Shown: positions 45,341 through 53,734 of the stretch, piece by piece
How the letters are laid out: each line of letters opens with the position of its first letter
Numbering within the stretch: position 1 is the stretch's first letter
IMG/VR virus record: IMGVR_UViG_3300029258_001513
DNA: 55,051 nucleotides
Origin: an uncultured virus (IMG/VR IMGVR_UViG_3300029258_001513)
Taxonomy: Duplodnaviria; Heunggongvirae; Uroviricota; Caudoviricetes
Reading direction: 5' to 3' (one strand)
Translations under genes and position numbers: made by a program
The notes under the pieces: model-generated
Database searches by the model: none
What the model saw: only the letters and a program-made list of their open reading frames with translations
What the model was told of the DNA's origin: nothing

Positions 45341-48199
45341 ATGAGCGAACGAAGCATAGTCGAGAGATTGCTTGTATCGGCGGACGAGAAGTTCGTCCCG
45401 CCGGAGTCTGCCCAGAACGCTGCCAAGAAAGCCCTTCGCTGGAAAGAGGAGCATGGCGATGAAGTCAAAGCCATGACTCGGACAGGGTGGACTCGTGCTC
45501 GCCAGTTGGCGAACGGTGACGCTCTTTCATACGATGTCGTCAAAAGGATGGCTCAATTCAAGAGGCACCAGAAAAATAGTCGGGTCGCTCCCAAATACCG
45601 CAAGGAGCCGTGGAAGGATAACGGCTACGTGGCTTGGTGTGTGACGGGCGATACCCTCATTGCCTTGGCGGATGGCTCTGAAATGGAGATATGCGATATT
45701 GTTGACGGCAAGATGGATGTTGACGTTTTGTCGTATAACGAGGACACGGGGAGAGTAGAACCTCGTCGTGTCCTCGACTGGATGGTTGGGGAGTCGTCAG
45801 TGGGAGACTTCCTGTGTGTGGGTAAGGGGAAACAGAATCGTCTTCACATTTCGTCTAAGACGTTCATCAAGGTTACGCCAGAGCATGAGGTTTTTTCGGA
45901 GGGGGAATGGGTTCCCGCATCAGACATGGGTGGAGAACGTGGTGCCTATTTGCACAGATGGTTTGATGATATCGGTGAGCAGGTCTTAATCGGGACTTTG
46001 CTCGGCGATGCTAGTATCGAGGCTGGAAGATTGTCATTCTCTCATGGCAGCAGTCAACGCGGTTATGCGGAAGAGAAGGCAAGAATACTTGGGTGCAAAT
46101 ATGTGGGAAGTTATGTTGGAAACTATGGAGATTCCAGATGTCAAGTGTTTCGCTCTAAGGTTATGAATGGCCTGAAAGAAATGAGGAACGAGTGGTATGC
46201 ACCAAGCAAGACAGTGGGTGGCGACATTCTCGAAAAAGTTGGAGACATAGCTCTGGCTTTTTGGTTTATGGATGATGGAAGTCTGCATCGTGGGAAGACT
46301 GTTCGTCCAACATACTATTACAGGCTTCACACAGAGGGATTTGACGATGAGAGCCTGTGTCGAATTATTGCTTGGTTCAACAGACAGGGCTTAGAAGTTA
46401 AAGCCGTGTCAAGGCGTAACACATGCGGGGCTTACTTGAGATTTACCCCCTCTAGCAGTGCCGAAATAAGCAGGAGGATATCTCCATACGTCCATGAGAG
46501 TATGGCGTACAAGGTTATCCATCCATGTGAGTACGGGTTGCGAAGATATAAGCCAGAGATTCGATACTGCATTTGTCATGAGATTGTTTCAAAACATGTC
46601 AAGTGCGAGGATATGAGTCACAGCTTTAAGAAGGCGGGCAGATTTCATAGGAGATACAACATCGCGGTAGAGGGCAATAATAACTACTTTGCAAATGGAC
46701 TTCTGGTTCATAACTGCGGTTGGGGCGGCTCATCCGGTATCGAGTGGGCTATCGGCGTAGTAAACAGGGTCGAGAAAAAGAAGCAGTCGTCCATCGTGGA
46801 CAGGCTGGTGTCTGATTTTGTCGCGGCTGACACTTTGGCAACACCGCTTGAGGAAGAAACAGTAAATGATGTTTTTGACCGAGCCGTTGCTATTGCTTCT
46901 CGGCACGTCAGGGGGTTGCGAGGAAAAATCAAAGTCAAGGCAGTCAGGCGTGGCACATCTGTCCCGGCTGCGTCGTGTGTCCCTTCTAAGGGGATTATTT
47001 TGGCCAATCTGGACAAGTTGCTTGTCGGGGGTCGAGTCCCTCGTGTTGTTGGGGGTGTCTATCCCTTTTTGCACGAGATAGGTCACTTCGTGTTTTCGAG
47101 ATTATTGCCACTGCAAGTGCGAGCTTGGTACGAATCGGAATTCGATGCCGCAGGTGAGTTTGCTTCTTCTTATGGAAGGAAGAGCCCCCATGAGGATTTT
47201 TCAGAGTCGTTTGCTTACTATTTGGCGGGAAAGCCAATTCCGTCTCAAGCCGAAGAAAGGTTGACTTTTGCTTTGAGTGGAAGGATTGCGGCTCGCGGTC
47301 AGCAGGTTGTTCGCAAGGACAAGGACTTGATGCAGGATACGGGTGGTACATCCAAGGGACGTGACCGGGAACCGCACATCAAGCCCCCGCGTGACGACGT
47401 TAAGGAGCGGTATCGTGACAGGCGGTTGGTTCCCGAGAAGATTGACAAGGATACGAATGAGGACAATGACCGTCCCGTCAAGAAGCCGAACCGTCGTCCG
47501 CAGGCGAGACGTATGCGTTGGGCGGCGATACACAAGATGAGGGTGTTTGATTTCGACGACACATTGGTTTCCTCGGAGAGTTCTGTGCGTGTTAAGCACG
47601 AGGATGGGGAAGTGACGGATTTGGACAGTGCGGCATTTGCCTACTTCGTTCCGTCAGGCGGTGACAAGATTGACTTTACCGATTTCAACAACGTAACGAA
47701 GCCACGGGTCATCAAGAAGAACATGGATGCCTTCAAGGAAGCCGTGGCGGACAAGGATGCCAGAGCGGTTGTCCTGACAGCGAGACCCAAGGGGTCGGCT
47801 TCTGCCGTGAAGAAGTTTCTGAGCAGTTTGGGGATAGACAACGTGGATGTCGTGGCGTTGCAGTCCAGTGACCCGATGGACAAGACCCGGTGGATAGAGG
47901 GCAATATGGAGGGAATCGACGACATCGAGTTCACCGATGATAGCTCGAAGAACGTGGAAGCCGTGGACACGTTGAAGGGCAAGGTGAAAAGGTTAGAGAC
48001 GCACAATCCTCCCCATCCTACGGATGCCGATTATGAGGGTGAGCCTGTGGAAGAAACGTTCGAGTCCGATGCTTCGACGACGGTTGAGATTGAGAAGAAA
48101 GGACCGTCGGCACCGAGCCGGTGGTGGGATACTCAAACTCCCGAGTTCCAGAAGCAGTATTGTTTGAAGCATCCTGAATCCAAGTATTGCGGGGGTTGA
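45341..48199 (+). CDS. Multidomain protein: phage head-associated domain (with intein), zincin, HAD-like phosphatase
   Basis: ARQLANG..VAW|CGWGG; HEIGH..YG..SPHEDFSESF; VFDFDDTL..LTAR..FTDDS.KN. Confidence 0.7.
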   Translation: MSERSIVERLLVSADEKFVPPESAQNAAKKALRWKEEHGDEVKAMTRTGWTRARQLANGDALSYDVVKRMAQFKRHQKNSRVAPKYRKEPWKDNGYVAWCVTGDTLIALADGSEMEICDIVDGKMDVDVLSYNEDTGRVEPRRVLDWMVGESSVGDFLCVGKGKQNRLHISSKTFIKVTPEHEVFSEGEWVPASDMGGERGAYLHRWFDDIGEQVLIGTLLGDASIEAGRLSFSHGSSQRGYAEEKARILGCKYVGSYVGNYGDSRCQVFRSKVMNGLKEMRNEWYAPSKTVGGDILEKVGDIALAFWFMDDGSLHRGKTVRPTYYYRLHTEGFDDESLCRIIAWFNRQGLEVKAVSRRNTCGAYLRFTPSSSAEISRRISPYVHESMAYKVIHPCEYGLRRYKPEIRYCICHEIVSKHVKCEDMSHSFKKAGRFHRRYNIAVEGNNNYFANGLLVHNCGWGGSSGIEWAIGVVNRVEKKKQSSIVDRLVSDFVAADTLATPLEEETVNDVFDRAVAIASRHVRGLRGKIKVKAVRRGTSVPAASCVPSKGIILANLDKLLVGGRVPRVVGGVYPFLHEIGHFVFSRLLPLQVRAWYESEFDAAGEFASSYGRKSPHEDFSESFAYYLAGKPIPSQAEERLTFALSGRIAARGQQVVRKDKDLMQDTGGTSKGRDREPHIKPPRDDVKERYRDRRLVPEKIDKDTNEDNDRPVKKPNRRPQARRMRWAAIHKMRVFDFDDTLVSSESSVRVKHEDGEVTDLDSAAFAYFVPSGGDKIDFTDFNNVTKPRVIKKNMDAFKEAVADKDARAVVLTARPKGSASAVKKFLSSLGIDNVDVVALQSSDPMDKTRWIEGNMEGIDDIEFTDDSSKNVEAVDTLKGKVKRLETHNPPHPTDADYEGEPVEETFESDASTTVEIEKKGPSAPSRWWDTQTPEFQKQYCLKHPESKYCGG
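45638..46714 (+). mobile_element. Intein with LAGLIDADG endonuclease
   Basis: CVTGDT...TPEH...IGTLLGDA...AFWFMDDG...LVHN|C. Confidence 0.9.
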
Positions 48200-48200
48200 G

Positions 48201-48764
48201 ATGAACAATGAGAAGTTGAAGAAAGACGTAAGCTCCCGTGCTAAGAAAGTCGGGAGAAAGACTCGCCAGTATGTTGAGAAGTTCTTGTTGGGCAAGATAG
48301 ACCAAGCAGGAAATGCTGCCGGGGCATGGGTGGAGAATCTGGAAGCCAAGTTTGACAAGCTGAAGCCCGAGGGAGCCATGAGGGGATTCTCCGAGGGTGA
48401 TTTCGATGACCTGTACTTCGTGCTGACAGGCAAGAAGCGTAAGAAGGGGGCATCGAGAGTAGCACGCTTGGCTTCGCGTGTAGCAACGCATCCCTTGGAC
48501 ATACAGGTTGAGTCTGGTTTCGGATTCCCAATGCCGGAGAACAATTACCATCGCAAGGTTTTCTCCGCATTATGGCAGATTTTTGAGCGGGAAAAAGCCA
48601 TCAGCGAGAAGGATTTTCAGGGGCAGGATTGGATTCGGGACGAGTGTGACCGTGTCGTGCGGACCCCGGAAGCGGAAGAAATCATCCGGCGATTTGAAGC
48701 TGGGAATTATAGACCGGAATACTGTGCGGAGTGTGTTTTTTCAGAAGTAGTGCAAGCGAGGTGA
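48201..48764 (+). CDS. Hypothetical protein
   Basis: 187-aa ORF. Confidence 0.7.
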   Translation: MNNEKLKKDVSSRAKKVGRKTRQYVEKFLLGKIDQAGNAAGAWVENLEAKFDKLKPEGAMRGFSEGDFDDLYFVLTGKKRKKGASRVARLASRVATHPLDIQVESGFGFPMPENNYHRKVFSALWQIFEREKAISEKDFQGQDWIRDECDRVVRTPEAEEIIRRFEAGNYRPEYCAECVFSEVVQAR

Positions 48765-48767
48765 GTT

Positions 48768-49079
48768 ATGGCTACGTTCGACAGTAGATTCAAGAAGGCA
48801 TACAAGGCGGTTCTTGCGGCAGAGCGAAGGCGTGTCGATACGCTTCTCAGTTCTGGATTTCCGACCTACCGGGACTTGATTGCGATTGGTGGGGGTGAGG
48901 ATGTGCCACGAGCGTCTTCTAAGGACATTGAGGCTATGATGGATTCCGCTTCTGCTTGCCGAGCATCGGTGGATGCTTTCGACGCACTTGCGTATCTGGC
49001 GACGGAGATGGGAAAAGCCATGAATCGTCAGGCGGAAGAACTGGAGCGGACGGTCAGAAAAGTCAAGTCGAAGAGATAG
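48768..49079 (+). CDS. Hypothetical protein
   Basis: GAGGTG RBS. Confidence 0.7.
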   Translation: MATFDSRFKKAYKAVLAAERRRVDTLLSSGFPTYRDLIAIGGGEDVPRASSKDIEAMMDSASACRASVDAFDALAYLATEMGKAMNRQAEELERTVRKVKSKR

Positions 49080-49184
49080 ATGAACCCTTCGTTGGAGATA
49101 TTGAAAGTGGCTCGTGAACTCTTGGCAAAGGATGCCGAGAAGGAAGTGGAGCGTCTATACCCGTTGAGGATGATATGGGTATAA
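49080..49184 (+). pseudogene. Orphaned N-terminus of the CCA-adding enzyme gene
   Basis: LEILKVARELLAKDAEKEVERL aligns with RGLLHIARAFISSNSEAEAERL at the start of 50077. Confidence 0.55.
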
Positions 49185-49223
49185 TAAATCTTTGATATTC
49201 GTCTCTATATCAGGAGGACGAAT

Positions 49224-50075
49224 ATGAGAAAGAAGTGGGGTAAGGATGAGATAGAGTTGCTTCGCAGGTTGTATGAGATAGACGGAATGGGGTGGACTGA
49301 AATTGCGGGAATCCTTTGTCGATCAAAATGTAGCGTTCATGCCGCCTGTAAGAAATTTGGTTTTCGTCATACAAAGGAACAGGAAAGGGCATTAAGGTCT
49401 CGGATACATGGTGGAGAAAATAATGGAATGTGGGGCAAGCGGGGTCCGAATCTAGGACTCACGAAGGAAACGAGCGATAGGATAAGAGCGGCGGCAAGTC
49501 GTCAATCCCAAACGAAAAAGTCGATGTATCGGTCGGGGGCGTTACAGAGACCTGTTGGTGATAGAAACGGGATGTGGGGAAAGACATCTTGGAGAAAAGG
49601 ACAGACAAAGGAAAGCAATGATAAGGTTAGGCGTGCTGCCCTTAAGTGTTCTGAAACCAAGAAAAAGTCTTGGAAAAAACTATCTGAGCAAGAAAAGGAA
49701 AGACGGAGAAGGGTATGGGCGGCTCAATCCCGCAGGTGTAGAAAAAAGAGAACAAGCATAGAACTGGTTGTTGATTCTTGGCTACAAGAAATGGGGATTG
49801 ATTTTCAGACACAAGTTCAAATGGGAAGATGGATAGCTGATTTTTACATTCCATCTTTATCTGTTGTTGTGGAGTGCGATGGGGATTATTGGCATTGTAA
49901 CCCTGTAAGATATGATGCCGCTTCAGCCAATTCGGTACAGAAAAAGAACATGGACAGGGACCGAAGAAAAGATGCTTTTTTAGGGGGCAGGGGAATTAGG
50001 GTCGTTCACCTGTGGGAGAGAGACATAGTGAGTGAGACGGCGAAGATTTTTTTGGCAAGGGTATTAGGTAATTAA
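49224..50075 (+). CDS. DUF559/Vsr-like homing endonuclease with NUMOD3-like repeats
   Basis: NNGMWGK repeats; TSIE..ADFY..VECDGDYWH..DRRKD..LWE; AT-rich; own motif B at 49191-49199. Confidence 0.8.
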   Translation: MRKKWGKDEIELLRRLYEIDGMGWTEIAGILCRSKCSVHAACKKFGFRHTKEQERALRSRIHGGENNGMWGKRGPNLGLTKETSDRIRAAASRQSQTKKSMYRSGALQRPVGDRNGMWGKTSWRKGQTKESNDKVRRAALKCSETKKKSWKKLSEQEKERRRRVWAAQSRRCRKKRTSIELVVDSWLQEMGIDFQTQVQMGRWIADFYIPSLSVVVECDGDYWHCNPVRYDAASANSVQKKNMDRDRRKDAFLGGRGIRVVHLWERDIVSETAKIFLARVLGN

Positions 50076-50076
50076 C

Positions 50077-51558
50077 ATGGGCATGGAAGTCGAAATAAGA
50101 GGATTACTGCATATTGCTAGGGCGTTTATATCTTCAAATTCTGAAGCTGAAGCGGAAAGACTTTTGATGGATATTATTCCCATGAGTCGCTTTAGGGGCA
50201 AGGTTTATACCGTGGGCGGATTTACACGGGATCAGCTTTTGGGAATTGAGTCAAAAGATTTAGATGTGGTTGTCGAAGAAGATGGGGGCTCTAAGAAGAT
50301 CACTCGGTATATTCACAATATGTTTCCAAAAGAAACGAGTGCTCCTCGTCAACTTGGTTCGGCGTATCCTATATGGCAAATCAATTTCAAACGAGACATA
50401 GAATTTAATGGCAAGACGTATGGAACTTTGGGTGCCGAAGTCCAGTTTGCGGACACACAGAAAGAATCGTATCCCGATGACAAGAGCAGACAGAGAGTTG
50501 TGGAATATGGAACGTTGGATGAAGACATTAAGCGTAGGGACTTTACTGCGAATATGCTCTTGAGGGATTTGACTACTGGGGAATTGAAAGACCTTACGGG
50601 AAAAAGCATAAACGACATAAAGAGGGGGATTCTGAGGGGTCATCCCGGTGTAGACTTCGATGAAATTATGAGACAAGACCCAATTCGCCTACTTAGACTT
50701 GTCCGATTCCAAGCCAAGTACGGATGGCGTGTGCCATTGGACGTTATCAAGACGGTCAAGAAGAACTCGGCTCGCATCAAGACGGTTTCCGGTGAGCGTA
50801 TCCGTGACGAGCTTGTCAAGGTGATGAAGGTCGGAAAACTGGCTCAGGCTATCCGTTTCATGAAAACGCTGGGGCTTTTGAGGTATGTTATGCCCGAAGT
50901 GGAGGCGATGTCCGGTACGGAGCAGGAGTACAGCCGTGGAAGTCATCAGGAAGGTGACGTTTTCAAGCATACGATGCTTGTACTCAGGAGTGCCAAGCCG
51001 GGTGTTGTGAATCAGTTGGCAGCCTTGTTGCACGATGTGGGTAAGCCGGATACGCAGGAAGTGATGGGCGGTGTCATCAGGTTCCTCGGACACGAGAAAG
51101 TGAGTGGTGAGATTGCCGAGGCTATCATGCGGCGGCTCAAGTTCGAGCGGAAAGACATCAAGGCTGTACGCAAGATGGTGGAAATGCACATGAGACCGCA
51201 TCACTTTGTGCGGCAGGATGCTGGTCCGAGAGCCTTGAGGCGGTTTGTCCGTGAGGTTGGAGAGGAGCTTGTCGATGCCGTGCTTGACTTGGCGGAAGCG
51301 GATTCTCTTGGGAATCTGCCGTCCGAAAACGAGATTCCCCGGCTCCGGCAGATGATACGTGAAGTCCAGAACGTTCCGGTGGAGGAGAAGCCGCCGTTGG
51401 ATGGAAATGAAATTCAGAAGGTATTGGGGATTGGTCCGGGGCCTGAAGTGGGCCGTGCCGTTCAATTCCTGCGTGACCGGATGGATGAACTGGCTGGAGC
51501 GGGAAGGAAAATGACTAAATCAGAGGCAATCCGTCTTCTCCGAGAGGAGTACGAGTGA
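50077..51558 (+). CDS. cca: CCA-adding tRNA nucleotidyltransferase with HD domain
   Basis: VGGFTRD..DLD, EDIKRRDFTAN, DPIRLLR, SGERIRDEL, ALLHDVGK. Confidence 0.9.
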   Translation: MGMEVEIRGLLHIARAFISSNSEAEAERLLMDIIPMSRFRGKVYTVGGFTRDQLLGIESKDLDVVVEEDGGSKKITRYIHNMFPKETSAPRQLGSAYPIWQINFKRDIEFNGKTYGTLGAEVQFADTQKESYPDDKSRQRVVEYGTLDEDIKRRDFTANMLLRDLTTGELKDLTGKSINDIKRGILRGHPGVDFDEIMRQDPIRLLRLVRFQAKYGWRVPLDVIKTVKKNSARIKTVSGERIRDELVKVMKVGKLAQAIRFMKTLGLLRYVMPEVEAMSGTEQEYSRGSHQEGDVFKHTMLVLRSAKPGVVNQLAALLHDVGKPDTQEVMGGVIRFLGHEKVSGEIAEAIMRRLKFERKDIKAVRKMVEMHMRPHHFVRQDAGPRALRRFVREVGEELVDAVLDLAEADSLGNLPSENEIPRLRQMIREVQNVPVEEKPPLDGNEIQKVLGIGPGPEVGRAVQFLRDRMDELAGAGRKMTKSEAIRLLREEYE

Positions 51559-51833
51559 TGGACGAAAGAAGGATAGTTGCTATGGCTAAGCGAGTTGCAC
51601 AGGGAGAAACAGATGGCGTGGAAGACGAGCCCTTCGGCTTGGTTGACCAGTCTATCGACATGATGATACGGTGTGTGCAGCTTATCAATGAGAATCTGCC
51701 CAAAGTGGAAGCTCAGACGGTCCCTCAAAAGGCTGCTTTGGATGAAATCAGAGGGATATTGGACGAGGCTGTCGCTCCGTATCTGGCCGATATGGTCAAG
51801 GCGTGGCAGACTCTTGAAGAAGGAGGTGGATGA
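51555..51833 (+). CDS. Hypothetical protein
   Basis: GTGA-coupled. Confidence 0.65.
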   Translation: MMDERRIVAMAKRVAQGETDGVEDEPFGLVDQSIDMMIRCVQLINENLPKVEAQTVPQKAALDEIRGILDEAVAPYLADMVKAWQTLEEGGG

Positions 51834-52231
51834 TGGCTACGAATGAGAGAGTTGATTATGTCAGCAATGACATCTATCCCGGACAGGAAGCGGCGGCTCA
51901 GGCGAATCGGACGAATTTCACGCCCGGTAAGGCGACAGGGCTGGCGGGCGATATGAACTGGCCGAAAGACCATCGGACTCCGCAGGGAACCCCGGCATTT
52001 GACGGGGAAGCCGCAGGTCCGGTGGAGATGAACAGGTCGCGTGTCGTGAAGCTGGGTCGTGGAACGGTTTGCGACCAAGTTATCGACGCACCGACGGTGG
52101 AATCGACTCGTGTTGAGGCAGTTACGACTGATTTCGTTTCCGGCACGCACACCGTGCAGGAGACGGAGACTGTGACCAACCCGGCCAGCGAGGAGAAGAC
52201 ATCAGGGCAGGACCGGATTGCGGGAGCGTAA
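51830..52231 (+). CDS. Hypothetical protein
   Basis: AGGAGG RBS. Confidence 0.7.
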   Translation: MMATNERVDYVSNDIYPGQEAAAQANRTNFTPGKATGLAGDMNWPKDHRTPQGTPAFDGEAAGPVEMNRSRVVKLGRGTVCDQVIDAPTVESTRVEAVTTDFVSGTHTVQETETVTNPASEEKTSGQDRIAGA

Positions 52232-52369
52232 GTCATTAACGGATACACCATGCAGGAATTCGATTTCACCGTGTCCGGTCGGACGCTTGCCATGGGTGGC
52301 ATAGAACCTGATATTTTTTTTGATATTGGTTCCTGTAGGTAGGGATGTTTTTACGGTGAGGAGCTAGGC

Positions 52370-52825
52370 ATGTACATTTACCAGTGCTCTCGTAGATTTT
52401 TTTGCACGTCGCTAGAGAGGTACATTCCGGTGGGTGCGATTATCGCACGGTATGAAAATGCCGTTAGGATAGTCGTCGATGATGCTCCGCAAAGCGACCA
52501 AGACCCTTTCAATGTTCTGGTTGATGGTATTTCTTACGACGACCCGGCACAAGTCTCTTGGATATACGGGGTAGAGCCCCCGCCCCTTGGGACTTCCACG
52601 GCAGGGTGGTTTGTGACGATTGCTACGAAGGCTGAGGATGCTTACGGTAATGTGTCCGCGAACGGTGGGGGTGGTTTACCATCCAACAGCGAGCTTAAAG
52701 TTGACGAGACGACCGGGAAGGTTTATTTGAAAAGCTCCACCAATGGATTGTTCTACCAGATTCGCATTCATGGGGTGGATGGCAGTGCTGCTGTCGAGGT
52801 GGGGCAAACCGGAGTGTCCATTTAG
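52370..52825 (+). CDS. Hypothetical protein
   Basis: GAGGAG RBS; motif B at 52319-52327. Confidence 0.7.
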   Translation: MYIYQCSRRFFCTSLERYIPVGAIIARYENAVRIVVDDAPQSDQDPFNVLVDGISYDDPAQVSWIYGVEPPPLGTSTAGWFVTIATKAEDAYGNVSANGGGGLPSNSELKVDETTGKVYLKSSTNGLFYQIRIHGVDGSAAVEVGQTGVSI

Positions 52826-52834
52826 GAGACTGAG

Positions 52835-53719
52835 ATGAGGAAAATACTAACCATCGTTTTACTCGCAATCGCACTCGTTGCTCCCGTGGCGGGTCAGACA
52901 TTTCATAAGAGCGTGACGTATAACACGGATACTTACGAGATTACTGACTTTTGGATTCTTGCGGCTTCCAACAATATCGCCATTACCACGAACCTGTGGG
53001 CGGGTGTAGTCTCCTACACGAATGAGCCGGGTTATACGAATGTGTCTGACGCTTTGGATGCTTTGTTTGCTGGTGGAACAGGTGCGGTATCCTCTGTATC
53101 TGGTGACGGCACGTACACGACGAATTCCGGCACGGCGAGCGACCCCGTGATTTCTCTTTTGGCAACCAATCTCAGTGACTACAACAATGATGCTGGCTTC
53201 GTTACGGCCACCATTACGAATGGATTGGCGAGCACGAACTGGGTATCTTCAAACTTCTATCTTGCCAGCAATCCAAGCAATTTCCTTGTCCTTGGAGACC
53301 CCGGAGCTTCCACCAATCTCAGTGACTACAACAATGATGCTGGCTTCGTTACGGGTGTTGCGTGGGGTGACGTTACAGGCACACTCTCGAATCAGGCGGA
53401 CTTGTGGACAGAATTGACGAACAGGTACACCAAGGCTGAGATTGCGGCTCTTGGTTATCTTTCGACCAATGACAGCCCGACGATGGCTGCCGGGACGGAT
53501 TGGACGTTTGCCTTGGCAAGCGTGACGAACAATGCTTCTTCCGGCACGGATATCGTCAATTATCAGACGATGACCGGAATGGGGTATCATTCTTGGGGGA
53601 GTGCCCCTGCAACGACGAATAGTGCCGGGACTCCGGGCCAGATGGCCTACTCTTCAAATTATCTCTATATTTGCGTGACAAATAACACTTGGCGGCGTAC
53701 TATACTGGCCACGTGGTGA
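52835..53719 (+). CDS. Thr/Asn-rich fibre-like protein with signal peptide
   Basis: MRKILTIVLLAIALVAPVAG; duplicated TNLSDYNNDAGFVT; WGDVTGTLSNQADL; GTPGQMAY..YLYICV..NTWRR. Confidence 0.65.
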   Translation: MRKILTIVLLAIALVAPVAGQTFHKSVTYNTDTYEITDFWILAASNNIAITTNLWAGVVSYTNEPGYTNVSDALDALFAGGTGAVSSVSGDGTYTTNSGTASDPVISLLATNLSDYNNDAGFVTATITNGLASTNWVSSNFYLASNPSNFLVLGDPGASTNLSDYNNDAGFVTGVAWGDVTGTLSNQADLWTELTNRYTKAEIAALGYLSTNDSPTMAAGTDWTFALASVTNNASSGTDIVNYQTMTGMGYHSWGSAPATTNSAGTPGQMAYSSNYLYICVTNNTWRRTILATW

Positions 53720-53734
53720 TAGAGGAGAAATATC

